A stretch of DNA of 63,909 nucleotides from Azolla caroliniana (lineage: Eukaryota > Plantae > Polypodiophyta). The translations under genes and the position numbers were made by a program. Position 1 is the stretch's first letter. Every line of letters starts with the position of its first letter. This document shows, piece by piece, positions 49,363-62,938 of this stretch. The notes below the pieces were generated by a model. That model saw only the letters and a list, made by a program, of their open reading frames with translations, had not been told where the DNA came from and made no database searches. Location: contig JBHGNT010000013.1 of NCBI GenBank assembly GCA_043228905.1, positions 12,834,001 through 12,897,909 of the forward strand, read 5' to 3'.

Positions 49363-49369
49363 ATTTCGT

Positions 49370-49713
49370 CGTATAAGAATGCGAGTGCAAAGAATCGAAT
49401 GAGATAGTGTACAGACAAAATAGAAGACCGAAAATAGAAAGTACAGAGACATATGTATTTTAAAGTGGAAAACCTGAGAAGGGAAAAACCACATGGAGTC
49501 CACAAACTCCAAAACAAATCACTATCTATAAGGAATAGTACTAAAACAGAGAGAGAATCAATATTAGAGAAGAGAAGTACTATTAGTACTAAGAGGACCG
49601 ACTGCGTAAGACTCACGAGAGAGGAAGAGAGAAAAGGAGAGAGAGAAAGAAAGAAAGATATATTCAGGTTTTGTAAGGCCAAAATTGGCCCATGAGACAA
49701 TTGGTTTACAACA
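49370..49713 (-). repeat. Probable degenerate copia-type LTR
   Basis: Start resembles the D LTR; GTGGAAAACC...GGGAAAAACCAC motif as in E/G LTRs; ends ACAACA. Confidence 0.4.
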
Positions 49714-51782
49714 AAAAGAGTATTTATCCAGTCATCATAACTAAAAGAGAGAGAGAGAGGTATGAGGCTTAAGACTGGCGTTGAACCAATTTGGTTCGAA
49801 GTAATGCCTTGTGCCTCCTTTTATAGTGTTCTTAGGAGTAGTCCTAAAGGTTCTAGAATGTTCCAGAGAAATCTAGAATATACATTAATTTTCTATGGTA
49901 AAACTTAAATGAAAATAATATCCTACGTATTACAATAGATAGTATAATGGTCAAGAGCTTGATCCATATAACATAAGGTCATGGGTTTGTTTCTTGCCAT
50001 ATTATGACACTATGTCCCCTTAAAACGGCGAGTGTTATGAGTTGGCATTGATTAGGGACCAGTTTTGTCCGGATATTGTCGGTGGAAATCAGTAAGAAGA
50101 TCTTGAGCATTGGCGACATGCTCGATGGGTTCCCAAGTACGTTCGCTCGGACTGTAGACGAGCCAATCGACCAAATAATAAAGTTTGTTGCGAACAAACT
50201 TGGAGTCGAGGACGGCAACAACTTCATACTCCGGGCTGACGTCCATCTCAAGTGGGGGCGGTGACGGTGTAACATGATAAGTTTCGAGAAAACCGGATGT
50301 ATCGGAGGGTACGGAGAAAGATCATGGCGGAATGTGACATCATTAATCTTGCTGGTAATATGGAAAGGACCAAGTCGTCGATAATCCAAGTTGTTGCATG
50401 GTCGAGTAGTCTTGATGTGTAGACGTAAGAGCCATACTCGGTCTCCGATGGCAAAAGAGGAGGGAAGCCGATGACGATCTGCATAAGCCTTCTATGTGTG
50501 TTGAGCATGACGAAGATGAGTAGATAGATCCATCTGAATCTTGCGTAGCCTCTCCAAATGATCCTCGGCACGAGGATTGGTAGGTAGCTCTGGAGTGTCG
50601 ATCACAGACCAACGAGGATGAGAACCAGTATAAGCATCAAATGGGGAGACCCGAGTGGAGGTGTGAATAGTGTTATTATAAGCAAACTCAGCAAAGTGGA
50701 GAATATCAGCCCAATTGTTCTATTGATAACTCAAATAACACCGAAGATATTGTTTTAACGTGTGGTTTGCTCGTTTCGCTTGCCCATCAGTTTGGGGATG
50801 ATAGCCAAAGGAGAGATTGCAAGAGACCTTGAGCATCTTGAAGAGATGCTTCCAAAATTTGGAGACGAATTGAGGTCTTCGGTCATTGATGATATTGTTT
50901 GGGAGGCCATGATGCCGAAAAACCTCAAGCATGACAAGGGCGGCGGTTTCCTCACTAGTGATGGCCTTAGTACAAGGCACAAAATGTATCATTTTAGTAT
51001 ATTGGTCAACGAAGGTTAAGATAGCATCGAAGCCCTTCGAGACTAGATGATCTGTAATAAAATCAAGACAAATGGATTGCCACGGCTTACTTGGAATTGG
51101 TAAGGATTCCAACAAGCCATATGGATGATGTCGTGGCATATTTTCTCGGCAACAAGCATCATAGGTTCGAACGTAGTCGTCGAGAAAATGTCGCATATGG
51201 CGCCACCGAAAAGATTGTCAGAGTAGAGAAAACGTCTTAGTACTACCGAAATGTCAAGATGTATGGAAGTCATGACAATTTCGGACGATTTGAAGGAGAC
51301 GGGACCAATTGGAAACATACAAGAGCTTTTTAAAGAATAATAAACCATCATGATATTCGAATTGTCAGTAGTCCATACCGGGCTGTTGAGACAGGGAACA
51401 ACATGCCCGAGAGGCATCAATTTGCCTGAGAATGGCTTGAGCAAAACTCTCCGTCTTCAAATTGGCACATATGGCATTGATAATCCAGGAATCTAGTGGA
51501 GTGTGAAAACTCCGAGTTGTGTGCAAACATGTTGGTCCCAAGATTATCTGATTTTGATTATCAAATGTTGGATCCCTTAACAATTGTTGGTTTTCTTGTT
51601 CCAATGAAACGATTTTTTCTTTTATACATGGACGCTTGGAAAAAACAGATTGATATTCTTGGGTGCTAACAATATCCATAGTATTGGAAAAAGGGGTAAG
51701 AGGATGAGGGAAACCGAAAAGAAGACCAAAAGGAAGAAATTTGGTCAAACTGTCAGGAATAGTACTAAAATAGAGAGAGAAT
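49714..51782 (-). mobile_element. Element L: internally deleted chromovirus of the B family (3' LTR part to 50009, chromodomain 50052-50246, integrase, leader, 5' LTR stub from 51751)
   Basis: YEVVAVLDSK...YYLVDW...TWEP chromodomain, integrase 50720-51196, LTR homologous to 7755-8002; most of gag and all of PR, RT and RH are absent. Confidence 0.85.
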
Positions 51783-52733
51783 CAACTTGAGGTTACACCT
51801 GCTCCATCGGATCTACGCTCTGGTTCCTTCTGGCTTCACGTTGTGCTCGCGTTCCTCGACCCGTTCGGTTCCACGCGCCTCGACCCTTCCAGTCGGCTTT
51901 TTTGCTTACACGACCTTTCTCAGTTTCCTTGCTATTGTGGTGTGGGCATTTCTTCTGCTGCCTTCTCTTCTGCTTGGCCCTTGGTTGATTCAACGTATCC
52001 GAATCAAACATCCGAACTGACTCGGTTTCCTCCGATCGGTTTTAGCTGACGTCTGAGTTGGCTGTCTCCAACTCGTCTTTGGTCTTCTCGCCCTTGATGG
52101 CTTCATCTCCCCCATGCTTGGCTGACTTTGGCTCTTTCATCCGACTGCTCCCCTTATGTCCGCTTTCGGACTCTTCCGCGGGTCTGCCCTCGGCTTCTTC
52201 AGCCGATCCGAAATCGAATTCATCATCCGACTCGGCGTCACGGTCTATTTTGCTCCTTTCCTGCTCCCTTCCGTGGTCATCTAGGACGTCTCTGCCCCTC
52301 AAGTTCGGCACGTCGAGGTGACGCAACCCAAGCGCACCCGAGAATAGCCGCAACTTGTCCAGAACAAGAGGCTTGGTGAAGATGTCGGCGTTCTGCTGAT
52401 CCGTCAGAACATACTGAAGTTCGACTTCACTAGAGAGTATGCACTCACGGGCGAAATGGTAGTGCCGCTCAATGTGCTTAGTTCGGGCGTGGAAGACGGG
52501 GTTCTTTGCTAGCTGGATGTTGCTGAGGTTGTTGCAGTAGATGTTCGTTGGATCGAATACCTCCACCTGCAGATCCTTAAGTAGCCGCTTCAACCATATG
52601 GCTTCGCATGTCGCGAGAGCCGCTCCTCTATACTCGGCTTTGGTGCTCGATAGCGCAACTGTCGGTTGCTTCTTGCTACTCGACGCAATCTCGACACTCC
52701 CAAGAGAGAACACGAAACCGGACGTGGATCGGC

Positions 52734-53467
52734 AATTGCGAGCAAATTGGATTATCAACGTTTTGGCCCATACGTGATATCTAGTAAGATTAATGATGTG
52801 GCATTTTGCCTTGATCTCTCCCCTCATATGCATCTTCACCCAATCTTCCATGTATCACTTTCGGAGCCCTACAAAACCAACTCTATTCTAGGTTGTCTTA
52901 CATCTCCCCCACCTCCAATCGAAGTTTCGAATGGCTTCGAAGATGAAGTTGCTGCCATTCTCGATTCCAAGATCATTCGCAACAAACTGTATTATTTGGT
53001 TGACTAGTTAGGTTATACACCTAATGATCGAACATGGGAACGTCTTGAGAATCTTGCTAATGCTTCCGAAATGGTTGCTGTGTTTCACAACAAATATCCC
53101 CATAAGCAAAGTCCAAAATCTTGTCTTCCGACCCGTGGAACTCGTTGTCGAAAAGGTGGGATAATGTCATGCAGACATACATTTTGGCCTTACAAGGATT
53201 CGAGCCTAAGACGTCTTGGTCTATATGTTAGACCTTTAACAATTATCATAACATATATGATATATAGTTACAAGAAATATATTATTAGTTATTACAAGAT
53301 ATATAGACTATTGTAGAGCATTCTAGAGTATTCTAGAACATTCTAGGATATTCCATGATTATATTAAATATCATGAATATCTAAAATATTCTAGAACAAT
53401 CTAGAATACTCCATAAGGATCTATAAATAGGTGTCTATTCATTCATCACAACTCATTCGGTTCAACG
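52734..53467 (+). mobile_element. J-family chromovirus 3' fragment: integrase end, chromodomain, PPT, LTR 53165-53467 truncated just after the predicted TSS
   Basis: HPIFHVS...EVAAILDSKIIRNKLYYLVD; LTR matches 60470 onward. Confidence 0.85.
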
Positions 53468-53905
53468 CACTTCCACTACACGGGTCATGTACGCATAGTG
53501 ATGCGCCATGTACTTGTTGTATCCGGACTGCACGACAGGGTTCTTCTAGCGGGTAGATCGACGTAATTGCTCATTGGCCGATGTCGAGGCTCTTTCGGCC
53601 AACGCGAACTTCGCTCTTGAAGACCCGTCACCGCTTTCCTCGGAGTCGAATTCACGTCGATCCGACTTGTTCCTATCTGTGCCGTAATCCGACACCTTCC
53701 TCTTCCCTTTTTCCTTGCGCGTAAGCCGTCTCCTCGGCTTCCTGCGCAAGGAATGCACGGTCGAGTCTCCACTACTTGCCGGCTCTTCATCGGACTGGTC
53801 GAACTGACTTAGTCGTCCATTCAGTCTGCTTAACCGAAACGAAATCGGACTCTGTTAGCGGGTCCCGATTTCAGGCTCATTCGGAGACATCTCGGCCCCG
53901 CTGAC

Positions 53906-54409
53906 TGTTATAGGTTTTAGGGTTAGGGTTAAGGATGATGAATGATAAAGATAGACATGGTGGTCATGATGAGGATGATGAAGAGCATGATGATGAGAGA
54001 TCGTATAGAGAAGCATAGAGAAGCATTACGGGGTGGGGGGGTGGTGCCTAGAATGGCTCCACCCCCCTCCCAAGGGGGTTCAACGTTAAGGGGAGATAGA
54101 AGAGAGAGATGACAAGAGAGAGATTGAGAGAGAGAGAAATGGTTATTCATCATTCATTCCCCATAAGGGGGTTAAATAGTACAAGAGGGGTTAGATACAA
54201 AGGGGTGTAAGCCCCCTAGAGCATTCATACTGGACACTCACTCATACCTCCTCGTATCCATCCACATGCACACACATGTGCATGTGTTCACATACGTATC
54301 GACTCACGATTACATTTATGCCCCCTACAAACACACAACAATCATCATGATAACATTTGACCCTCGCTCATCACATTGACTCTCCGTACATCTCGTACGG
54401 GGGGTAACA
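53906..54409. mobile_element. Solo LTR (504 bp) inserted in M
   Basis: TGTTA...TAACA ends, TSD CTGAC both sides. Confidence 0.88.
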
Positions 54410-57400
54410 CTGACCTCATCGTCAGAACTTGGATTGGAGTTGAGGCAAGTACCAGGACGCGGACTCGTCAAACACAATGTCACGGCTTACGCGCGCTTGT
54501 TTGGTGTGAGGGTTATAACACTTATAACCCTTTTGCTCATCCGAATAGCCGCCCAAGATAGACTTCTCGGCTTTAGCGTCCAGCTTCCTCCGTTTCTCCT
54601 TCGGCACATGCACATACACAATGCTACCGAAAACTCTCAAGTGTCGCAGATTCGGCTTCCTTCCAAAATACAGCTCATGCACTGACACTTTTTCTCCGAT
54701 CCGATTCTGGATGTATACTGCGTTTCGTACCACCTCGGCCCAATAGAACTTGGGCAAGCTCTTTTCCTTCAGCATTGCCCACGTCGCTTCCACAATCAAC
54801 CAATTTTTCCTTTCGACCGTAGATAAGGCAAAGGCTCAAGGATGGCTCAGTGCAGGGTTTGTCGTTGAACCAAAGTCTACATCTCCATTGGATATTAATG
54901 GTGATGTAAATGGTAGTGCATAGGTAAATGGAAATGCTAATGTATAGAGGCATAATAGATGGATGGATTGCACACAATTTAAAGTTTCTACAATTAGATG
55001 TTGACTCGTAGGAGAAGATTTATTGTGGTTTTAGTTCTGGAATGCAAGCCAGATCTTTTAACCGCGTGACACTTTTAGTGATGATACTTTTTGAACGCCT
55101 ATTTAAGTTGGCTCTAATTACTTCATGCTCCTTGTGTTGTTTTTTTCTTTGGGTTTGTCGAGTTATTCTTGTTCTTGATTTTGTTTGCTTAGTCTATTTG
55201 AAGATATTTGTATATGTTGGCTTGTAATCACGTTTTTATGGTATATCATCATCTTTTCATGTTAGATGATTTTTACTGAAGTATATCATCTATGACACGT
55301 TTTTGAACATATGGTAGATATCCTACCGTATATTCTTTATAAGCTAGATTTCCACTGATAATTGAGCTTTTTCTTAGCTTTAAAATGCACGTAACCGTAT
55401 TCTCGAATGGATTAATTATTACCAGAGAACCATTAAATAAAGAAGGTATTTGGTATATATTGGTGTATGAATTCATAATTCAGGTTTTACATCTACCTTA
55501 ATAGGAGTTAAAAAGGTTAGAAGTCCCATGGTATTGTTAGTGCTAGATAGTTACTCAAATGCATAGTTTACTTAGAAGCAAAAGGTAGTCTTGCAACAGT
55601 CACTTCTCACATGTGTAAAGTAGTTGAATGTAAAGTATATTATTTAGAAGCAAAAGGTGGGCTTGCAGCAATCACTTCCTGCATACGTTATGTGGTTATT
55701 TCAGCATCATGCTTTGCCCAACCACTGTTCTTCGTCTTCTTCTTCCTGATAGTGCTTATTGTGAAATCCTCCTCTAGTGTCTAATTAGTGCCCCAAAAAA
55801 ACTCCTTGAAAACGAGTGACATTTGTTTATGCTTTTTAAAAGACACATATGTGACTCTTGAGTCATCAAGCTATTGAGTAAGGAACATGATGAACTCAAC
55901 AAAATGAACATCTTCTCAAACAATGGAGAACTAGGATCATATCTCAAGCCATATGCCCACCTTTCAATACATATAATCTTATCATGATAAAAAATCCACA
56001 AGTTGGAGTATGTTGAAGGTCTTAGTATAATCATCTAAGATTAATCCAATTAGTTCCAACAAGTATCAAAACCTTATCATTATCATTTATACTAAGTTCA
56101 TATATGATTAGTAACAAAAAATGAAATTGTATGACACTCATTGTAGGGAAGTCAACCGATGTAGCCACCCCTAAGCTATCTAATCTAATTTTGTAGTTTA
56201 ATTCTCACTCTCACTCTCATAATACTCTCTTGGTCAAGACGACCTTTAATAAAGTTGGTTCAGCGGCATGTAATATCTCTCTTTGGTCAAGTTTTGTTTT
56301 CAACACAAAGACCCTGGACAAACTACAAATGAGATGAATAATTGTAACCCTTAAAAAACCTACAACATAACACCCGTACAAGCTTGTGAGGACAAAACAA
56401 TCATTGGTTCTCTTCGTCACATATAAAACAATCACATATTAAGAAAAACCTGATGTTGCTTTATCTATTGTTGTGCTCACGAGCTTTTATCTGTTTGTAA
56501 GAATTATTGTATGATTATATCTCTTATAGATAGGGTTTTGTATATTGCGTGGTTGGCAAAGGCTGAGCGTCATGGTTGCGCAAGTGGAGTGGGCAGACAC
56601 GAGTTCGGGGATTGGCACGACACACGTTTCATGATCAGGATGTCCACACCATAAATTGGCTACATGGACAGACCGACAAACCGAAAGGAAGGAAGGAAGA
56701 ACGAGCTACACGAAAGTCCTACGCTAAAAAAGTTAGAGAGTACTATGCAAAAAAGAATGTAAATTTTCATCTAACTAAACCCAACTAACAAGACGCAAAT
56801 ACTATTGAAGTGTCCAATCACTTTAGCAATATTATATTATGTGTGTGAAAGGGCAACAAATGCCCATTTTTTAAAGGTCGTTGTAGAAGTGGTAGTTGAG
56901 TTGAAAAAAAAAAAGATCACTGTTCTCTTTTTAGAAGAAAAAGAAAAACGAGAGGAAGAGGTTGATTAGCATATCTGAGAACGCCACACAAGAAGCTTAG
57001 TGTTCAACTAAGTCTTCTCACTCCACTACTCAATTTGTGCTCTATGTGCCTTCTACTCTGACCCCTGGGCTTTATCACCATGGTTTCTTCTCTCTCAGTC
57101 ATATGTTTGAGAGTATAGGTATTCCCTTTGGTGTGTAGTCCCCACTTTGTCAACAATGTTGCTTCTTACCTAGCTCTACTTCACTCTGGTGTATCTGGAG
57201 GTAGAGCTTGTGTTTCTGTTTTATTCTCTTTGTTGATACTGGATTGTTTCGAACCTTCTCCCGTGGTTGTTTCTTGTTAGGATCGTAACTGGCCATAACT
57301 AGTTTTTGTTGAATGCGGGTCTCTAATGAACGTATTCACATTGTCTCCTTTTGTACACACTAGGTTTAGGCTATTTATGTAAATAGTGAGAAGGGCACTT

Positions 57401-59034
57401 GCCCTAAGTCAATCAGTACATAAACTAACTTTGTAACCTAGTTTTGAGTGTTGTTGAAATATAGTTCATCTTGTGCCTAATCATCTCTCTCTCTCTCTCT
57501 TGCGTTCTTCTTGTGTCTTGTTTCTCTGTTTTTGTTGATGATGGTATCAATCTACCTTGTTTGCATCCACTTATGATCCTCACCTTTGGAGAGTGTTGAT
57601 TTGTTCCGCACAATACGACCACATTCTCAACATTTGATATTAGAGCCAGGTTCTTTCGATTCTACGTCTGCCGTCTATCTAGTTTCTATCAACAACTCTT
57701 CTTTTGTACACCGTGAAGATCTCGGTCGGCAACTCTCTACAAGATCATTTCTGCGAAGAGAAACACCAGAAAAATCTCCACTCCACTATTCTAAATCACC
57801 ATTGAAGTGAGCCAATCAGCAACACTTCACTCCTTTGATTGTAGCCGCACAGAGTGAGATTTCGCTTCACAAGCTCTACCTCAGCTGAACTACATTGGAT
57901 TAGACAACAATCGAATAGGTCACCTGACGCTAGTCCCTCACTTGTCGTAATCACTCATAGTTGTCTGGGTTCCAGGAATAACCCCCTTCTGTGCTTCATT
58001 TAGAAGGATTAGTTGAATCTGTTCTTCTCATTGTTGTAGTCACCTGAAGCAGGATCGGCCTGGATAATCGGCACATACTCTGTGTTCGGAACTCAAAAAA
58101 AAAATTTGACATACTCGGGTCCAACTCGACTAGGCTAGTCAGCCGTGGTCACTTCGGGTCGAGTCTCCTAATTTCGAATAAGATCTGGCTTGTGTTCAAA
58201 CTCGACTAGAACGAATTCGAGTGAGCTAGTCTGCCGCACCCAACCACCATTCAAAATTGACACAGATGGCATCAACATCTGGCTCGTCAGAGATGAGTTT
58301 AAGGAAGTTTGATAGATCGAACTTCAAATATGGAAGGAGTAGATTCAAGACTATTTAATAGTCAAGGGGCAAATCGATCCCATCGAAAACGAAAATGCAG
58401 CAGAAGGATACAAGTCGCTTGAATGGGAGAAGTTTAACAGAATTGTCTCAGCCATTATTCGGATGCATCTATCAAAGTCCATGTACTTTATGGTGCAATC
58501 CTGTTTGACTGCCTTCCAACTATGGAAGACACTTTCGGACACTTACGAAAAGAAGGTCGCCGCCACGAAGATATATTTGATACGATGCCTCTATAACCTT
58601 CGGATGAAAGAATCTGATTCGCTCCAACGCACCTCAACGAGTACGAAAGTATAAGCTCCCAAAATTACGGCTCAAGGGAGAACTATTGAGGATGAACTAA
58701 GCGCATTACTGCTTATGAGTAGTCTCCCCCCTTCATGGGAAACTTTCATCACAACCGTGTGCAACGCATCAACTGCGGCCGTTAAATACTCCTCAGGCAC
58801 GGGCCCAATTTTGACTGAAATCATTTGCAAATGATTCGGCCAATAACGCGTATGTATTACAAGGTTCGACCGACCGAGGAAGAAGTTCTTCACAGCAGCC
58901 AAACAACTAGCGAAGTTGGAGCAAATCCCGAGATAATCTATGATGAAGCCATACATTTTGGCCTTACAAGGATTCGAGCGCAAGACGTCTTGGTCTATAC
59001 GTTAGACCTTTAACCATTATGATAATAGACAATC

Positions 59035-59337
59035 TGTCATAAAGACATACATTTTAGCCTTACAATGATTGGAGACCAAGACATCTTGGTCTATACGTTA
59101 GACCTTTAACCATTATGATAACATATATGATGCATAGTTATAATATATTATTATATTATTAGTTGTTACAAGATATTTAGAGTATTCTACAACATTATAT
59201 GATATTCCATGATTATATTAAATATCATAAAAATCTAAAATATTCTAGAACATTCTAGCATACTCCATCAGGACCTATAAACATGTGTCTATTCATTCAT
59301 CACACCTCATTCGGTTCAAACTGTCGTGACTTGTGAG

Positions 59338-59377
<40 letters not shown>

Positions 59378-60835
59378 CTTGAAATGGAAATGAGATTATA
59401 TTATGAGGAAACAAGGTTACAAAGAGTAGGCTAAGGGCTAATCCGTAATGAAGTCCAATGAAATAGATTTCCATGGACTCTCGGGAATAGGCATTGTTGC
59501 AAGACTTGGAGTTGAGAAGGACCATCAAGCACATATAAGAGATTTTGTCGAAAAAGTAATCCATCATGCCAATTGAACTGGTTGTTGTCTTGACGAGGAT
59601 TTTAAGATTGTGAACAAGAAGCACGATCTAGGATAATATGGTTCAGAATGTCTTGGGCGAATTCATCAGTCGCAATATGCTCCCAAATGGAGTCCAGAAG
59701 ACTTGAATCCCCGGGTGTGTCTATAAAATGAAATGCCATTAGTCGCATCTTCTTTTTCTTGTTGCGTCCCAGGGAGATATTCCCCATTTTTTGCAAACAT
59801 TGGGAACCATCCTCGTTCGACTATGCTTGAACATCCCGAACTCCCGATGAACTCGACTGTTGAAGATCGGCTCAGCCGACTCCAAGAAGTTCAAGATATC
59901 CCTTTGCACCATTTATGTGATGCTTAAAACACTCAAAAGAAGGTTGTCGACCGTCATTGACGTAATTCATCAACTACGTTTCAAGTGGGAGATCGAGTAT
60001 GGATTTTACAAGGTCACATTAAAACAACCCGACCTTGATGCAAATTGGATTATCAACGTTTTTGCCCATATGTGATATCTGGTAAGATTAATGATGTGGC
60101 ATTTTGCCTTGATCTCCCCCCTCATATGCATCTTCACCCGGTCTTCCATGTTTCACTTTTGGAGCCGTATAAGACCAACTCTATTGCAGGTCGGCTTACA
60201 TCTCCCCCACCTCCAATCAAAGTTTCGAATGGCTTCGAATATGACGTTGTTGCCATTCTTGATTCCAAGATCGTTCGCAGTTCGCAGCAAACTGTATTAT
60301 TTGGTTGATTGGTTAGGTTATACACCTAATGATCGAACATGGGAACCTCTCGAGAATCTTGGTAATGCTTCCAAGATGGTTGCTGTGTTTCACAACAAAT
60401 ATCCCCATAAGCAAAGTCCGAAATCTTTTCTTCCGACCCGTGGAACTCGTTGTCGAAAAGGGGGGATAATGTCATGAAGACATACATTTTGGCCTTACAA
60501 GGATTCGAGCCCAAGACATGTTGGTCTATATGTTAGTCCTTTAACCATTATAATAACATATATGTTATATAATTACAGTAAATATATTATTAGTTATTAC
60601 AAGATATATAGAGTATTCTAGAATATTCTAGATCATTCTAGGATATTCCATGATTATATTAAATATCATAAATATCTAGAATATTTTAGAACATTCTAGA
60701 ATACTCCGTCAGGACCTATAAATAGGTGTCTATTCATTCATCACAACTTATTCAGTTCAACACCAGTCTTTAGCCCTTAGCCTACTCTTTGTAACCTTGT
60801 TTTTTCATAAAATAATCTCATTTCCATTTCAAGTC

Positions 60836-60869
<34 letters not shown>
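59035..60869 (+). mobile_element. Element J2: rearranged chromovirus derivative (U3 59035-59319, inverted U5-R 59322-59440, minus pol to ~59782, plus integrase/chromodomain, 3' LTR 60470-60869)
   Basis: The inverted segment is the reverse complement of 60770-60869; PPT AAAAGGGGGGATAA; extra partial LTR start at ~58939-59025. Confidence 0.85.
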
Positions 60870-60871
<2 letters not shown>

Positions 60872-61699
60872 TGAGAACTAAATCAAATTATAAATTCTGC
60901 TTACAAGAGAGGAATCGAGCACATGGCTCTTAGATTCGGGCACTTCATATCATGCGCCCCTCATCGATCCCAATTTCGACAATACTCAACCCGATATTCC
61001 GACTTAATTCGAGTCGCAAATTCGCAGCAATGTGCAATAATCGGAATCGACACAGTAGAGCTCATCCTTTAGGGTGGCTCTACATTGGTACTTGATAATG
61101 TTAGACATGTACCTGAGCTCTCAAGACCTTTGATCTCAGACAGACAATTAGACGAAGACGGTACTCCACAGGGGGAACCACTTGTTTGCTCGAGGACTAA
61201 AACTACACTCGTTGTACCCGGAATATGTCACACTCAAAGAGGGTGACTTGTTCTTGGTCGACATTCCCGTGTCATCACTTTGGCATGGACTCAGACACCT
61301 CAGTAAGGCCGGCATTACACATTTATCTAGAGCCGAATACATCCCTAAACTCTCCTTCTCTAATCATTAGTTCTATGAGCATTGCTAGTATAGTAAACAG
61401 ATAGTTGCATCATATCCAACATCAACACGAAGAGAATCGAGTCCCCTCGATTTGGTCCATTCAGACGTCTATGGTCCAATTCTACATCTGGCTCTCGGTG
61501 GTGCCTTGTATTTCGTCAGCTTTATTGACGACTGGACTTGGAAGGTTTGGGCTTATACAATTAAAACTAAAGATCGAGTATTCTCGATTTTTTCCGATTG
61601 GTTCATTATGGTCGAAAATCAGTACGGCTGAAAATTAAAATTCTTTCGGACCAACAATGGAGGAAATCTGAAGAATTTGTCAGATTCTACCGACAACGC

Positions 61700-62938
61700 T
61701 GTCGTGAAGATTTTCGATAATGGTGTGAAAATCACATAAAACGTACAAAATCGAGTATGAATCACATAAAACAATAATAGTGAAGATAACATTTTAAATA
61801 AGTTTAATATCTAAGTACAAAATGATGGCGGCCTTCAAGAGCTTTCGAATGCACTTTATTACACGAGAAACGAACAACTAGATGTCAATATATGAGGGTA
61901 TAAAGTTTGTGAAAGGAAAAGAGAAAACTAGATGTCAATATATGAGGTAGAGCAAAAGCTATTATCTTTGTGTCTATGTGTGGAGCATAGAGTGTTCAAG
62001 GTAACTTGAACTAAGAGTGGAGGTGGTCTAGCACTCATAAAGGTTTTGGCCAACCAAAACTGGTTCGTCGATGGAGCCGATGCTGCCGGCAAAGCGACGG
62101 TGGCACACCAGCAACCGGTGATCCGACAGAGCTGGTGGAACCGACATCCGGCAGTGCACCGGCGAGGCGATGGCGCACCGGCATCCGGCGTGAGTGAGGC
62201 GACGATCGAGGCGACGACATCCGGTGTCGGCGGCACACCGGCGGCATCCGGCACCGGCGAGGCGATGACATCCGGCGCCGGCGAGGCGGTAGCCACCGGT
62301 AACCGGCGGCATCCGGCGAACCCGCGACTAGATAAATAAATATATAAATATATATATGTATAAATATATATACATATACCAGGAGGGCAAGTAAGGATTC
62401 AAACCTTGCACCTCCAAGTTAGGAGTCAATTGGCTTACCACTAAGACAAGATATTTAGTTGAAATTATATTTCTATCATTGTACTTTTACATATAAATTC
62501 TCATACATGAGAGCTAAAATGAGTGACATGGTTATCATGCACCACATCTAATACATGAGCGCCAAATGGTAAACATGCATTTTATGCATGTCTTGAACCC
62601 TCAAATGCATGAGGGCATCTATAAAAGAGGGAATGAAAAAGATCAATGGGGGATTTTTTGGGGATAAAAGAAAGCTTTGTACTTTAAATCCAAATTAATA
62701 TTAAGAAGAAAATTCGTTATCCTTTTGATGATATACCTTGTTCTTGAAATCTAAAGTCAAGAGTTCTTAATCTCTCTCTCAATCTAAAATCAAGCGTTCT
62801 ATCTTATCTCAATCTCTCTCTCTTTCAATCTATCTTAATTCCTTTCCCGCTAAATCTTGTGCAAACTTGAGTCCTTCCGGTCCAGAACCCCGGCGGTTCC
62901 GCCTCGCGATCCGCGCCTACTGACGGATCTTCACGACA
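61700..62938 (+). mobile_element. Solo LTR of the I family (1239 bp)
   Basis: TGTCGTGAAGAT...ATCTTCACGACA, homologous to I LTRs; 4-bp flanks ACGC/ACGT. Confidence 0.93.

Larger units (their letters stand above)
51783..54820 (-). mobile_element. Element M: fragments of a D-family copia (RNase H plus tail 51783-52733; integrase/linker 53468-53905 and 54410-54820)
   Basis: Direct homology to D 10220-11170 and 12255-13120. Confidence 0.85.

Noticed and set aside
54820-57306. Possible host gene or exon fragments in the AT-rich stretch
   Set aside because: No recognisable domain or convincing exon chain; only a short imperfect duplication near 55572 and 55645.
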